Assembly (NCBI RefSeq): GCF_002113885.1
Contig: NW_018408645.1
Coordinates: 876,107-940,106, forward strand
Reading direction: 5' to 3'
From: Mizuhopecten yessoensis
Lineage: Eukaryota
Length of the DNA stretch: 64,000 bases
Shown in pieces: positions 25,601 through 37,600 of the stretch. The translations under genes and the position numbers were made by a program. A model generated the notes under the pieces. The model searched no databases. It was not told where the DNA came from and saw nothing but the letters and a program-made list of their open reading frames with translations. The stretch's first letter is position 1; each line of letters starts with the position of its first letter.

Positions 25601-28056
25601 CTATTATGTTTGCATTGTAAAAGTAGTTTAATGTTTCTACTGGTATGTTAGCATTGTAATAGTAGTTTTATGTTTCTACTGTTATGTTAGCATTGTTGCA
25701 GTAGTTTTATATTTCTACTGTTATGTTAGCATTGTAATAGTAGTTTTATGTTTCTACTGTTATGTTTGCATTGTAATAGTAGTTTTATTTTTCTACTGTT
25801 ATGTTAGCATTGTGACAGTAGTTTTATGTTTCTACTGTTATGTTAGCATTGTAATAGTAGTTTTATGTTTCTACTATTATGTTAGCATTGTGACAGTAGT
25901 TTTATTTTTCTACTGTTATGTTAGCATTGTGACAGTAGTTTTATGTTTCTACTGTTATGTTTGGTTTGTAACAATTGTATGTTTGTAGTTAGTTATCACA
26001 CAGTGATGTATTTTTATGTTTACAGAATAGCACCTACTACTGGGGATTTGCTGCCATGATTAGTTACTTTGTCAATCATCCACTGTACACCCCACCAAGT
26101 AAGTCCATGTTACTACCACCATATAACATAACTATCATCAGGATTTATAAGTTAGATCACTGTCAGGAAGATTTCAGAATAGTGTGCCCATGTGTTTATG
26201 CCACAGTGTTTATGTTCAGAATAGTGTGCCCATGTGTTTATACCACAGTGTTTATGTTCAGTATAGCGTGCCATGTGTTTATGCCAGTGTTTATGTTTAG
26301 AATAGTGTGCCCATGTGTTTATGCCACAGTGTTTATGTTCAGTATAGCGTGCTGTGTGTTTATGCCACAGTGTTTATGTTCAGAATAGCGTGCCATGTGT
26401 TTATGCCACAGTGTTTATGTTTAGAATAGTGTGCCCGTGTGTTTATGCCACAGTGTTAATGTTCAGAATAGTGAGCCCTGTGACATCTTTTACAAGCTGC
26501 CTTACAAGCTGTTACTATTTATGTTTTTCAGCCTATGGTGATGCCCAGGTGTATGGTGCCCTGGCTGGTTTCATCGTAAGTACACCATTAACTGCCTACT
26601 GAACTGGTTTACAAGTGATGCCCCCAATACGTTTTCTATACACACACAACTTGCACACAACTTTTTGTTTCTCCTCACATAAACAGGAGCCAGCTTTTAT
26701 TTCAGTTTTCTCTCGCCATTCACAGAAAATTGTCTCTTGGTTCACCTGTTAAAGATTTCTCGGCCAACCATAATAGTATGATTTCTCTTCACACTTGGTA
26801 ATTGTACTGAAGATTGTTTTTATATTCCAGTTCGGTGAACTAGGGAACTTCTCTATACATCTGGCCTTTAGGAACCTCAGACCAGCAGGTAAGCAAATCT
26901 ATACAAATATTTGTAGTTCAGTTTTGAAAGGTAAGAATTAAATATTCAAATTTAAAAATATTTTTAAAAGTTAGTTGTCTAGCTAGCTTTTGTACATATG
27001 ACTATCTGTTTAAGACTCCAGCATATTTGTAAAATGACATTTTTTTTAACATTCTGATCAAAATTTTGTCCACATATTAATACATGTACATTTTTATGAA
27101 ATCAAATCTTTTATTAAACTTTAATCAGATTGTCCAGAAAGATAAAAACAAAGATATTGATCTCAAATGTTTATGCATGAACCACAGTGTCCAGTCACAT
27201 TAGATATTGATAGTGTTAGCTATGCTAGTGTTTTTTGGGCCTGAGACAGGATTGTTCATCTACCCGTAATGTGTTGCAGGAACAAAGGAGAGGCGTATCC
27301 CCGTACAGACCTCTAACCCATTCACGGCCATGTTTAACTTCGTTTCATGTCCTAACTACACATATGAGACTGTCGCATGGGTCAGCTTCAGCGTAATGAC
27401 ACAATGTTTACCTGGTAAGTAAAACTTGTACCAGCTTGACTGTAGTGACAAAATGTTTGTCTTGTAAGTCAAATGTGGACCAACTAAAGTGTAATGACAA
27501 ATGTTTTCAGGTAGGTCAAATGAAGACCAGCTTCAGTCTAATGTCGCAGTGTTTACCTGGAAAGTCTTTTTCTGTTAAGTTAAATTTGGACCAGAATTCA
27601 GTGTAGTGACAAAATGTTTGTCGTGTAAGTCAAATGTAGACCAGCTCCAATGTAATGACAAAAGTTAGCCTGGATGTTAAATTTGGACCTGCTTCAGTGT
27701 AATATTGCAATGTTTACCTGGAAAGTCAAACTGAGACCAGCTTCATTGCAATGACAAAATGAAATTCTGGTTTTAACTAAAATATTTATCAGCTTAAGTA
27801 TAATGACAAAATGATTATCTTTTATGTTACAGCCCTGCTATTTACCACCTGTAACACTAGCTGATTGTTTTATGTTACAGCCCTGCTATTTACCACCTGT
27901 AACACTAGCTGGTTGTTTTATGTTACAGCCTTGCTATTTACCACCTGTGGATTTTATCAGATGGCAGTGTGGGCTCTGGGTAAACACCGTAATTATAAGA
28001 AGGAATTCAAAGACTACCCCAGGAGGAGGAAAGGCATTGTACCATTCCTGCTGTGA
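16690..28056 (+). CDS. TECR: Very-long-chain enoyl-CoA reductase (trans-2,3-enoyl-CoA reductase), 12 coding exons, 303 aa
   Basis: Exons: 16690-16695 (ME; the least certain), 21236-21286, 21818-21869, 22531-22575, 22694-22797, 23236-23345, 24024-24129, 26026-26098, 26532-26575, 26831-26888, 27280-27414, 27929-28056. GT-AG, phase-compatible, total 912 nt. Motifs [59 protein letters not shown] and [13 protein letters not shown] are diagnostic of TECR/Tsc13. Confidence 0.95.
17075..18289. mobile_element. Candidate non-autonomous DNA transposon with CAG...CTG termini
   Basis: Imperfect TIRs cagggggaacccagg / cctgggtccgccactg, subterminal gggtgttgccc at both ends, and a flanking direct repeat ATAGG. 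Confidence 0.45.
18461..19407 (+). mobile_element. HINE/Helentron-type element with a 156-bp tandem core (~3.5 copies) in TECR intron 1
   Basis: Head tttttagcccaccatc..gatggtgggcta hairpin, (CGTC)n, period 156 bp (18563, 18719, 18875, 19031), and tail ggtgggcgccaagatcccactgggatctcttgtt. Confidence 0.75.
20065..20800 (-). mobile_element. Degenerate LINE (CR1/L2-like) ORF2 3' fragment in TECR intron 1
   Basis: Frameshifted - strand peptides [45 protein letters not shown] and [17 protein letters not shown], typical of the post-RT C-terminus of LINE ORF2. Confidence 0.75.
24636..25051. mobile_element. Palindromic MITE-like repeat, copy 2 (TECR intron 7)
   Basis: Homologous to 12587-13183, with nested inverted repeats. 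Confidence 0.65.
25055..25965. repeat. 39-bp minisatellite (TECR intron 7)
   Basis: Unit tgttatgtttgcattgtgacagtagttttatgtttctac. Confidence 0.95.
26172..26475. repeat. 42-bp minisatellite (TECR intron 8)
   Basis: Unit cagaatagtgtgcccatgtgtttatgccacagtgtttatgtt. Confidence 0.9.
27383..27820 (+). repeat. Degenerate ~49-bp repeat derived from the TECR exon 11 end plus donor
   Basis: The first unit, cagcttcagcgtaatgacacaatgtttacctg|gtaagtaaaacttgtac, overlaps the exon. About 8 diverged copies follow. Confidence 0.85.
27821..27948 (+). repeat. 48-bp triplication of the TECR exon 12 acceptor
   Basis: tttatgttacag|cc(c/t)tgctatttaccacctgt with AG ending at 27832, 27880 and 27928. Confidence 0.95.
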
Positions 28057-28927
28057 ACAACAGCTTTCTCGTATGATTTATATAATTATGTAATTCCAAG
28101 CACTTCTTCAATACATGTAATTCATTTCTGATTGTGTTGATCATTCGTGGCAGCACTGTCTTACAAATCTTCGTATTAGCATTTGAAGCAGGGTTTATGT
28201 TATCGTGTTGAAGCAATATTTGTGTCATCTTGTTGAAGTATTGTTTCCATGACCTGTTTGAACATGTTTTAATATGTTACTTTTCTGAAGTTGACAATCA
28301 TTTGACAATTTCTGGAATTTCACCAAATCCACACAAATTCTCCTGACTTTATCGGTGTTGTCAACACTAGAAACTAAATCATGTAAATGTTTGTGTTTAG
28401 TGTATTTAAGAGTGAGCTATGAGACCTGATGAGATGTAGCCAATGTGTTTATGTATTACTAAGAATATAGGAATACATTGTTCGTAGAACACAGTGTTTG
28501 GAGTGTGTGCCAATCAAAACTTTTTATACATAACATTTTTACATAACATTTCTTTTGATTTTGATTACGAAGATTAATTTCAATGATTTTTAAATATGTT
28601 GGATTTTGTGAGAGATTTTATTTTTTGTTTGTGTGAAATGTCAAAAAGTATTTGTTGTGATTTTGTGTAAGTCAGAATAATTTAAATGCATTGAAACTTT
28701 AAAAATTATGATTTTTAAAAACATGCTCTTATTTATGTGTCTGTAGATTTAAAATTTATCTCTTGTAACTCTTAATTTTATTGTATCAACCTGTCTTAAA
28801 CAGACATTTAATTCAATTCTTAAAAAAAATAAAAATGTTTACTCAGTAACTGATGGTTCGTATTTTTTTTTATAAAAAGCCAGGTTTAAGGTCATGCTGA
28901 TCAATCCTATCTATATTACACATAACG

Positions 28928-31900
28928 CGAGAGGAAAGGTCATTGTAGCATGTGATGTCAGAGGAAAGGTCATTGTAGCATGTGATGTCAGAGGAAAGGT
29001 CACTGTAACATGTGATATCAAAAAGGTCATACAAATGACGTCAGAGGAAAGGTCATTGTAACACATGACATCACAAAGGTTATGCATGGGACATTAATGG
29101 AAAGGTCATTGTGTAACACATGACATCACAAAGGTTATATATGGGACGTTAGAGGAAAGGTCATTGTAGCCTTTGATGTCAGAGGAAAGGTCATTATAGA
29201 ATGTGATGTCAGAGGAAAGGACATTATAACACATGATATCAAAAAGGTCATACAAATGACGTCAGAGGAAAGGTCATTGTAACACATGACATCACAAAGG
29301 TTATGCATGGGATATTAGAGGAAAGGTTATTGTAACACATGACATCACAAAGGTTATACATGGGACGTTAAAGGAAAGGTCATTGTAACACATGACGTCA
29401 GAGGAAAGGTCATCATAACACATGACTTCAGAGGAAAGCTCATTGTAACACATGACATCACAAAGGTTATACATAGGACATCAGAGGAAAGGTCTTTGTA
29501 ACACATGACATCAGAGGAAAGGTCAATATAACAAATGACATCAAAAAGGTCATACATGTGTCATTAAAGGAAAGGTCGTTGTAACACATGAAATCAGAGG
29601 AAAGGTCATTGTAACACATGACATCAGAGGAAAGGTCATTGTAACACATGACATCAGAGGAAAGTTATTGTAACATGACATCAGAGGAAAGTCATTATAA
29701 TATGACATCAGAGGAAAGGTCATTGTAACGAGATGTCAGAGAAAAGGTCATTGCAAAATATGATGTCAGTGGAAAGATCATTATAACCTGATGTCAGAGG
29801 AAAATCATTTTAGAATATGATGTCGGAGGAAAGGTCACTATAACGTGATGTCAGAGGAAAGTTATTGTAAAATGTGATGTCAGAAGAAAGGTCATTGTAA
29901 CATGTGATGTAAGAGGAAAGGTCATTGTAACGAGACGTCAGAGGAAAGGTCATTGTAAAATATGATGTCAGAGGAAAGGTCATTGTAACGTGATGTCAGA
30001 GGAAAGTCACTTTAAAAATATGATGTCAGCGAAAAGGTCATTGTAACGTGATGTCAGAGGAAAGTCATTATGAAATGTGATGTCAGAAGAAAGGTCATTG
30101 TAACATGTGATGTCAGAGGAAAGGTCATTGTAACGTGACATCAGAGGAAAGTTATTATAACCCGAGAACTTAGAGGAAAAGTCAATGTAACGTGACGTCA
30201 GAGAAAAGGTAATTGTAACATGTGATGTCACTGGAAAGGTCATTGTAACTTGACGTCAGAGGAAAGTTATTTTAAAATATGATGTCAGCGGAAAGGTCAT
30301 TGTAACGTGATGTCAGAGGAAAGGTCATTGTAACATGTGATGTCAGAGGAAAGGTCATTGTAACGTGGCGTCAGAGGAAAGGTCATTGTAACATGTGATG
30401 TCAGTGGAAAGGTCATTGTAACTTGACGTCAGAGGAAAGTCATTTTAAAATATGATGTCAGCGGAAAGGTCATTGTAACATGATGTCAGAGGCCAATCAT
30501 TGTAAAATGTGATGTCAAAAGAAAGGTCATTATAACATGTGATGTCAGCGGAAAGGTCATTGTAACGTGACGTCAGAGGAAAGTGTCATTGTAACGTGAC
30601 GTCAGAGGAAAGGTCATTGTAACATATGATGTCAGAGGAAAGGTCATTGTAACGTGACATCAGAGGAAAGTTATTATAACCCGAGACTTTAGAGGAAAAG
30701 TCATTGTAACATAACGTCAGAGGAAAAGTCATTGTCACATGACGTCAGAGAAAAAGTAATTGTTACGTGCATCAGAGGAAATTTCATTGTCATGGGACGT
30801 CAGAGGAAAGGTCATTGTAATGTGAGGACAGAGGAAAGGGCATTGTAACATGTGACGTCAGCGGAAAGGTCATTGTAACGTGACGTCAGAGGAAAGTGTC
30901 ATTGTAACGTGACGTCAGAGGAAAGGTCATTGTAACATGTGATGTCAGAGGAAAGGTCATTGTAACGTGACATGAGAGGAAAGTTATTATAACCCGAGAC
31001 TTTAGAGGAAAAGTCATTGTAACATAACGTCAGAGGAAAAGTCATTGTCTCGTGACGTCAGAGGAAAAGTAATTGTTACGTGCATCAGAGGAAATTTCAT
31101 TGTAATGGGACGTCAGAGGAAAGGTCATTGTAATGTGAGGACAGAGGAAAGGTCATTGTAACATGTGACGTCAGAGGAAATGTCACTGTAATATGTGATG
31201 TCGGAGGAAAGGTCTTTGTTACGTGACGTCAGAGGAAAGTCATTGTAAAATGTGATGTCAAAAGAAAGGTCAATGTAACATGTGGTGTCAGAGGAAAGGT
31301 CATTGTAACTTGACATCAGAGAAAAGGTCATTGTAACATGTGATGTTGGAGGAAAGTTATTATAATACGAGACTTTAGAGGAAAAGTCATTGTAACGTGA
31401 CGTCAAGGGAAAGGTCATTGTGACATGTGACGTCGGAGGAAAGTCATTGTAAAATGTGATGAAAGAGGAAAGGTCATTGTAACATGTGGTGTCAGGGGAA
31501 AGGTGATTGTAACGTGATGTCAGAGGAAAGTTCATTGTAACTTGACGTCAGAGGAAAGGTCATTGTTACATATGACGTCAGAGGAAAGGTCATTGTATCA
31601 TGTGATGTCAGAGGAAAGATCATTGTACTGTGACGTCAGAGGAAAGGTCATTGTAACGTGTGAGGGTAGAGGAAAGGTCATTGTTACATGTGATGTCAGA
31701 GGAAAGGTCATTTTAACGTGACGTCAGAGGAAAGGTGATTGTAAAATATGATGTCAGAGGAAAGGTCATTGTAACGTGATGTTAGAGGAAAGATCATTGT
31801 AAAGTGACGTCAGAGGAAAGGTCATTGTAACACATGACATCAGAGGAAAGTCATTGTAACATGACATCAGAGGAAAGGTCACTGTAACGTGATGTCAGAG

Positions 31901-32535
31901 GAAAGGTCATTGTAACGTGACGTCAGAGGAAAGGTCATTGTAAAATATGATGTTAGAGGAAGGTCATTGTAATGTGATGTCAGAGGAAAGTCATTTTAAA
32001 ATATGTGAGAGGAAAGGTCATTGTAACGTGATGTCAGAGGAAAGTCATTGTAAAATGTGATGTCAGAGGAAAGGTCATTGTAACATGTGATGTCAGAGGA
32101 AAGGTCATTGTAACGTGACGTCAGAGGAAATGTCATTGTAAAATATGATGTCAGAGGAAAGGTCATTGTAACGTGATGTTAGAGGAAAGTCATTTTAAAA
32201 TATGATTTCAGCGGAAAGGTCAATGTAACGTTATGTCAGAAGAATAGTCATTGTAACATGTGATGTCAGAGGAAAGGTCATTGTAACGTGATGTCAGAGG
32301 CAAGTCATTGTAAAATGTGATGTCAAAAGAAAGGTCAATGTAACATGTGGTGTCAGAGGAAAGGTCAGTGTATCGTGACGTCAGAGGAAAGTTCATTGTA
32401 ACGTGACGTCAGAGGAAAGTTCATTGTTACATATGACGTCAGAGGAAAGGTCATTGTATCATGATATCAGAGGTGAGGTCACTGTTACATATGTGACGTC
32501 AGAGGAGGTCATTGTAACATGTCATGTCAGAGGTA
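28928..32535. repeat. ~3.6 kb 28-30-bp minisatellite between TECR and ELOVL-A
   Basis: Unit gtcagaggaaaggtcattgtaacatgtgat, more than 100 copies. Confidence 0.97.
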
Positions 32536-34608
32536 CCTCATCTCAATAAATAAAATGTCTAGGGTGGTTTACATTTAACAAGTTGATGCTGGGATGAAAG
32601 GCTATGAAGTTAGATTCATTGTCCTTATATTTTTAAGGTTACAGGGGTCCAATAAGCTTAAAACTTTAAACAGGTTCTTTAGAATGACTTTAAGTCGTAA
32701 ATATTGATATTTTTCCTGAAGCTTTATTTTATTTCACTTTTATTTCATATTTTGTCAAGATATATCCGGCGGAAAATTATCGTACCTTACCCATTTTAAA
32801 TGTCTTAAAAGTACATTTACATTAAAACTATATAGGGAATAATTGGGTGGCTGATAGGAAGGTATTGCTTAACGTTTATTGAGCTCTCATAATTTACAAT
32901 TGGATCCATTGTTTATTGAACTGTGAAAATAATATCTTCAGCTATCAGATAGGTAGATAGATAGTATATCACCAGGATCTTGGAACTTTCAGCGATACCC
33001 AATAAAGACTAACCATCGTTATAATATTATAGGAGAGAAACATTAGTATGCAGTTATATTAAAATCAAATCCTTCAATTTCAGCTTATCGATGTGTAAAC
33101 CCAAATTATGGAAGACAGCTGTTTGAAATTGGATTTCAATCACTGCATGGTATTTGCTTTTCGCCACCATTGTCGATACCATTGAATCTTTTGGAGCAGT
33201 TCATTTATATATAGACGAGACTAAATTTAGAACCTTTGTACAGTCACAGTGATTAATCCGGTACGTGTACTAGGTACCGGGTGTGTGGCCACTAATTAAT
33301 CCGCCACTTAGTACAAGGGCACTATACTCACATTGTACCGGCCGGCCGATGTGTGACCTCTTATTTGACATTACATGTGTACTACCTACTACGTATACCC
33401 AGCCGGTGTACGGGTGGTATACTTAGGTCGGTACACGTGCTTAATTGGTTGTGTAACCGGTTCTAACATGTGCCAACTCGTATACATATACACCTATAGT
33501 AGATCTCCACACACAATGAAGCGCTCGTTTATTTTGTAGTATGTTCTTTTGTATATGTTTAACACCTCTATCCTCGCTACCTGTGCTGTCTATCAGACCC
33601 CTTTAATCAGACGCATTGGTCAGCGGGTATTGATTAATAGTCAGGTTTGTTTGACCCGTACATAATACCAAACTGAGGAATTAGGAACGAGGTCAACTGC
33701 TGAACACCAAGGGTATGTAATATGGTATATATGTTGCTTCAGGGTCGCGTGCACGTGTTATGAGTGTGGCGGGCGTGGTTGGGTGTGGTTAGGTAAGGTT
33801 GGGGTGTGGTTGGACAGGGTGATGGTGACTTTACGTCAAAGAATCATTGTAAAATACAGTCTGTAACCATGTTTGGTAGATTTCTGTTTCCGATGCCCAT
33901 TATTAAAATGGTGGAGGTGTTTGTATTATGGGTTGAATTTGTGGGGGGTTCTCTATATATAGTGTGGGTATGGTTAACGTATGGGAGAATGTTGAAGCAT
34001 ACACGTCACCTCACACACGAAAAATAATACATTATTAAGGACTGTATATATAAACAATATAGAAGGACTGAATAGAATTACACCGTTCAATCCTTATATT
34101 TAGATTCTTAATTTTTATTTATTATCGACCTAAATACAGATATTCCCTTATATTTCCAATATTGATGTGTGTATGTTGTCAGTGCAAACGAGATTCCTGG
34201 AACAGCTTAACGTCATCAAAATGTTTGCTTCCAACGGTTGTCTCATGTTATTCGAGGCGAGAGGAGAAGCTTCGAAATGACGCTGATCCAATTGCGTTCA
34301 AAGCCCTATGATCGTAATTTCTTATGGTAATGCTCATAGTCCTACTTGCAGGAAATGGAAATATACATATATAAAAATTAAGATTCAATAAAGATGTGAG
34401 AGTCAATCAATGACACCGTATGAGTTTGGAAATTATTTCCCCTTTTTTACAAACTACGTCATTGTTTTTGGTTAGTTGTCCCATATATCCCCTTTGTAAG
34501 TTTTGCTATTGCAATGCGTTTAGGATACAATACATGATAATTGAAAATATTTCCTCGGTGTCAAAAAATCGTGATTATGCCGATATCTGTTTTTTTGTAG
34601 GTGAAATC

Positions 34609-37600
34609 ATGGATGTTTTACACACAACCAAAGACCTTTATGACTGGGCATTATCTAAAGGAGGTAAGTTTAATACAACAAAATAAGTATAATGTCGGTT
34701 CTGATTTTGTGTAAATTGAATTCTACCACAGCAGAGACAAGACATATTAACATTGACAGTTACATGATTTAATAGTAAATTTTGTGAGATGAAAATACCG
34801 AAAGTGTATACAACTTTTCACATTATTATAACTACATGTAGCACGAATTCAGGGTCCGTTGTTTACAATGGGAAGCGTTGGATTATGACTGATGTTTGTA
34901 TAAATGTTTAAATAAGAATCAAAATGACAGGAAACTTTTACAAGTAAAACAAATGAACTGATTCAAAATAACAGTGGGGCCTGTATTTCCGTTTCCTTCG
35001 CCGGTAATTATATTTCTCATGTTTGAACATCATTGCTGTTGTGTTAAATCAAATCTGGGACTTCTGTAAAAAAAAATTGTACCAAAGTATCTCCACCTAT
35101 GTGCTATGTCCCCAACTTGTGTCATCTGTACTTCTGTCCCCAGACCCCCGGGTCGAGGCGTGGCCCCTGATGGAATCCCCGGTGCCCGTCCTGACGTTAG
35201 TGGCACTATACCTGGTGATGGTATACCACGGTCCTAGGGTAATGGTACAACAAAAGCCGGTCTCCCTCAATTCTGTCCTAGTGGTCTACAATCTAGGGTT
35301 GGTCGGCCTTTCTGCTTACATGTTTTACGAGGTAGGTTGTAATTCTCAAACAGAATGACTAAACGGTTACATTTTATATAATATTAAGTCTTTGTTTACC
35401 CTCGAGATAAAACCTAACAGCTCATTTTTATGATAGCACAAAACATTTTATGATATGTTAGAATGGCAGCTTATATTATATGTTTGTCAACCTTTGGTAA
35501 CGACAGGAATAATTGTGTCCCCACTGACGACACGCTCAAAAAGACATAAAATTACAGACTAAAACATATCTGATTATTTAAAATAAACCCGTATAACACT
35601 ATCAAGAAATTAAGAAACGCATTTGAGTTATTCATTTATGTTTTATTTACGTTAATTACAGTTCCTAGTGACCAGTGTTCAGGCCGGGTACAGTCTAAGA
35701 TGTCAACCGGTCAATTACTCCAATGACCCTTTAGCACTACGGGTGAGACTTTTCAATTGGAAACATATTTTATTGATTGAATAATTAATCGGATAGGGTA
35801 ACAAACGTATCCTATATACGCCCTAATCGGATACATACGTATCCTATATACGCCCTTTCCTCGGGTGAGACTTTTAGTACATGTGCTTTTTCAAATACTT
35901 TGTGAACTGGTGGCGAATCTCAGGCCCCGAAACGGAACTAGTATGTGTCACAGGGACACGAGAATTCATCACAATATGACAGGAATTTGATCTAAACATT
36001 AAAATCCTAACATTTCCCCTCACACATCAGGAAAGGCCCAATTATACATTTATAAAAAAACACACCATATGATTTTAAAAAGGTAAATCCTCGAAACCCT
36101 TTGATCTGTTAATATAAACTGCATTGTTTCATTTATAGCGCTCTTCTAATAAAAACTCTCCCGTAAAATAATTCAATATCCTTCTCCATTTAGCTCCTTT
36201 CTCATTTACATTCTCTGTTTACAGATGGCGAGTGTCTGTTGGTGGTATTTTTTCTCCAAAATCATAGAATTTTTAGACACTGTAAGTATAACCCAAAGTG
36301 CATTTACCGGAATGTGACTTTCAGATCTATTTGTTTATCATATATGTTTTTTGTTGTTTTCTTATGTATTGCCAATGGCATTCTGATCTCAGCGTTAAGT
36401 TCCATAAGTTCCTATTTTGTTTCAGACATTTTTTATACTAAGAAAGAAAAACGAACAGATCACTTTTCTTCACGTGTATCACCACAGCACCATGCCACTT
36501 AACTGGTGGTTAGGGGTCAAGTTCGTGGCTGGAGGTCAAGGTTAGTTACAACAGTTCAAGGTCGAACTAGAGTAAATAAGATAGTGAAGTATATTTGGAT
36601 TGAAGGATTTCTTGATAAATGTTAATGCCGGTATGAACGCAAATCGGTTACTTTCATATCCAGGGATTACGTTCTCTGCAAAGAGCGAACGTTAACGTAA
36701 CCTCTGGAATATCGAGAATGATGAGGGTTCCATGCTACGTATTGGTGTAACCTATTTGCGTTTATACTTGCATGCATATTAGAAACCATCTCTGTTCCAT
36801 AGACATATTCACATTATAAAGATAAAACTATTAATGATTTAGATATAAGTATTTCCTTATATTTGTGGTATTTAAGTTTGTGTGTTGTCGCCGCAAACGA
36901 TATTCCTCGCCAAAATGAAACCGATAAAATTGCACTCATAATTTTACAATGAAAACGTATATTATGCTCAATAATTTTATAGCTTCGAGGATTTTTCATT
37001 TTTAGCTCACCTGGCACAAAGTGCCAAGTGAGCTTATGCCGTGGTGCGGCGTCCGTCGTCCGTCCGTCTGTCCGTCCGTCCGTCGTCCGTCCGTCGTCCG
37101 GCGTCAATATTTTACTTTAAACGACTTCTTCTTAATAACCGAAAGGCCTAGGGTGATGATATTTGGCCAGAAGCAAACTGGGATGAAGGGCTACCAAGTT
37201 TGTTCAAATAAATGAGCTTGATCCATTTTCAAGGTCACATGGGTCAAATATGTTCAAAACCTTTAAACAACTTCTTCTGAATAACCAAGAGGCCTAGGAT
37301 GATGATATTTGGCCAGTATCATGCTGGAATGAAGGGCTACCAAGTTTGTTCAAATAAATGAGCTTGATCCATTTTCAAGGTCACATGGGTCAAATATGTT
37401 TTTAACCTTTAAACGACTTCTTCTGAATAACCAAGAGGCCTAATATAATGCCAGTAACATGCTGGGATGAAGGACTACCAAGTGAATGACCTTCAGCTCA
37501 CCTGGCACAAAGTGCCAAGTGAGCTTATGCCGTGGTGCGGCCTCCGTCGTCCGCCCGTCCGTCCGTCCGTCCGTCGTCCGTCCGTCGTCCGGCGTCAATA

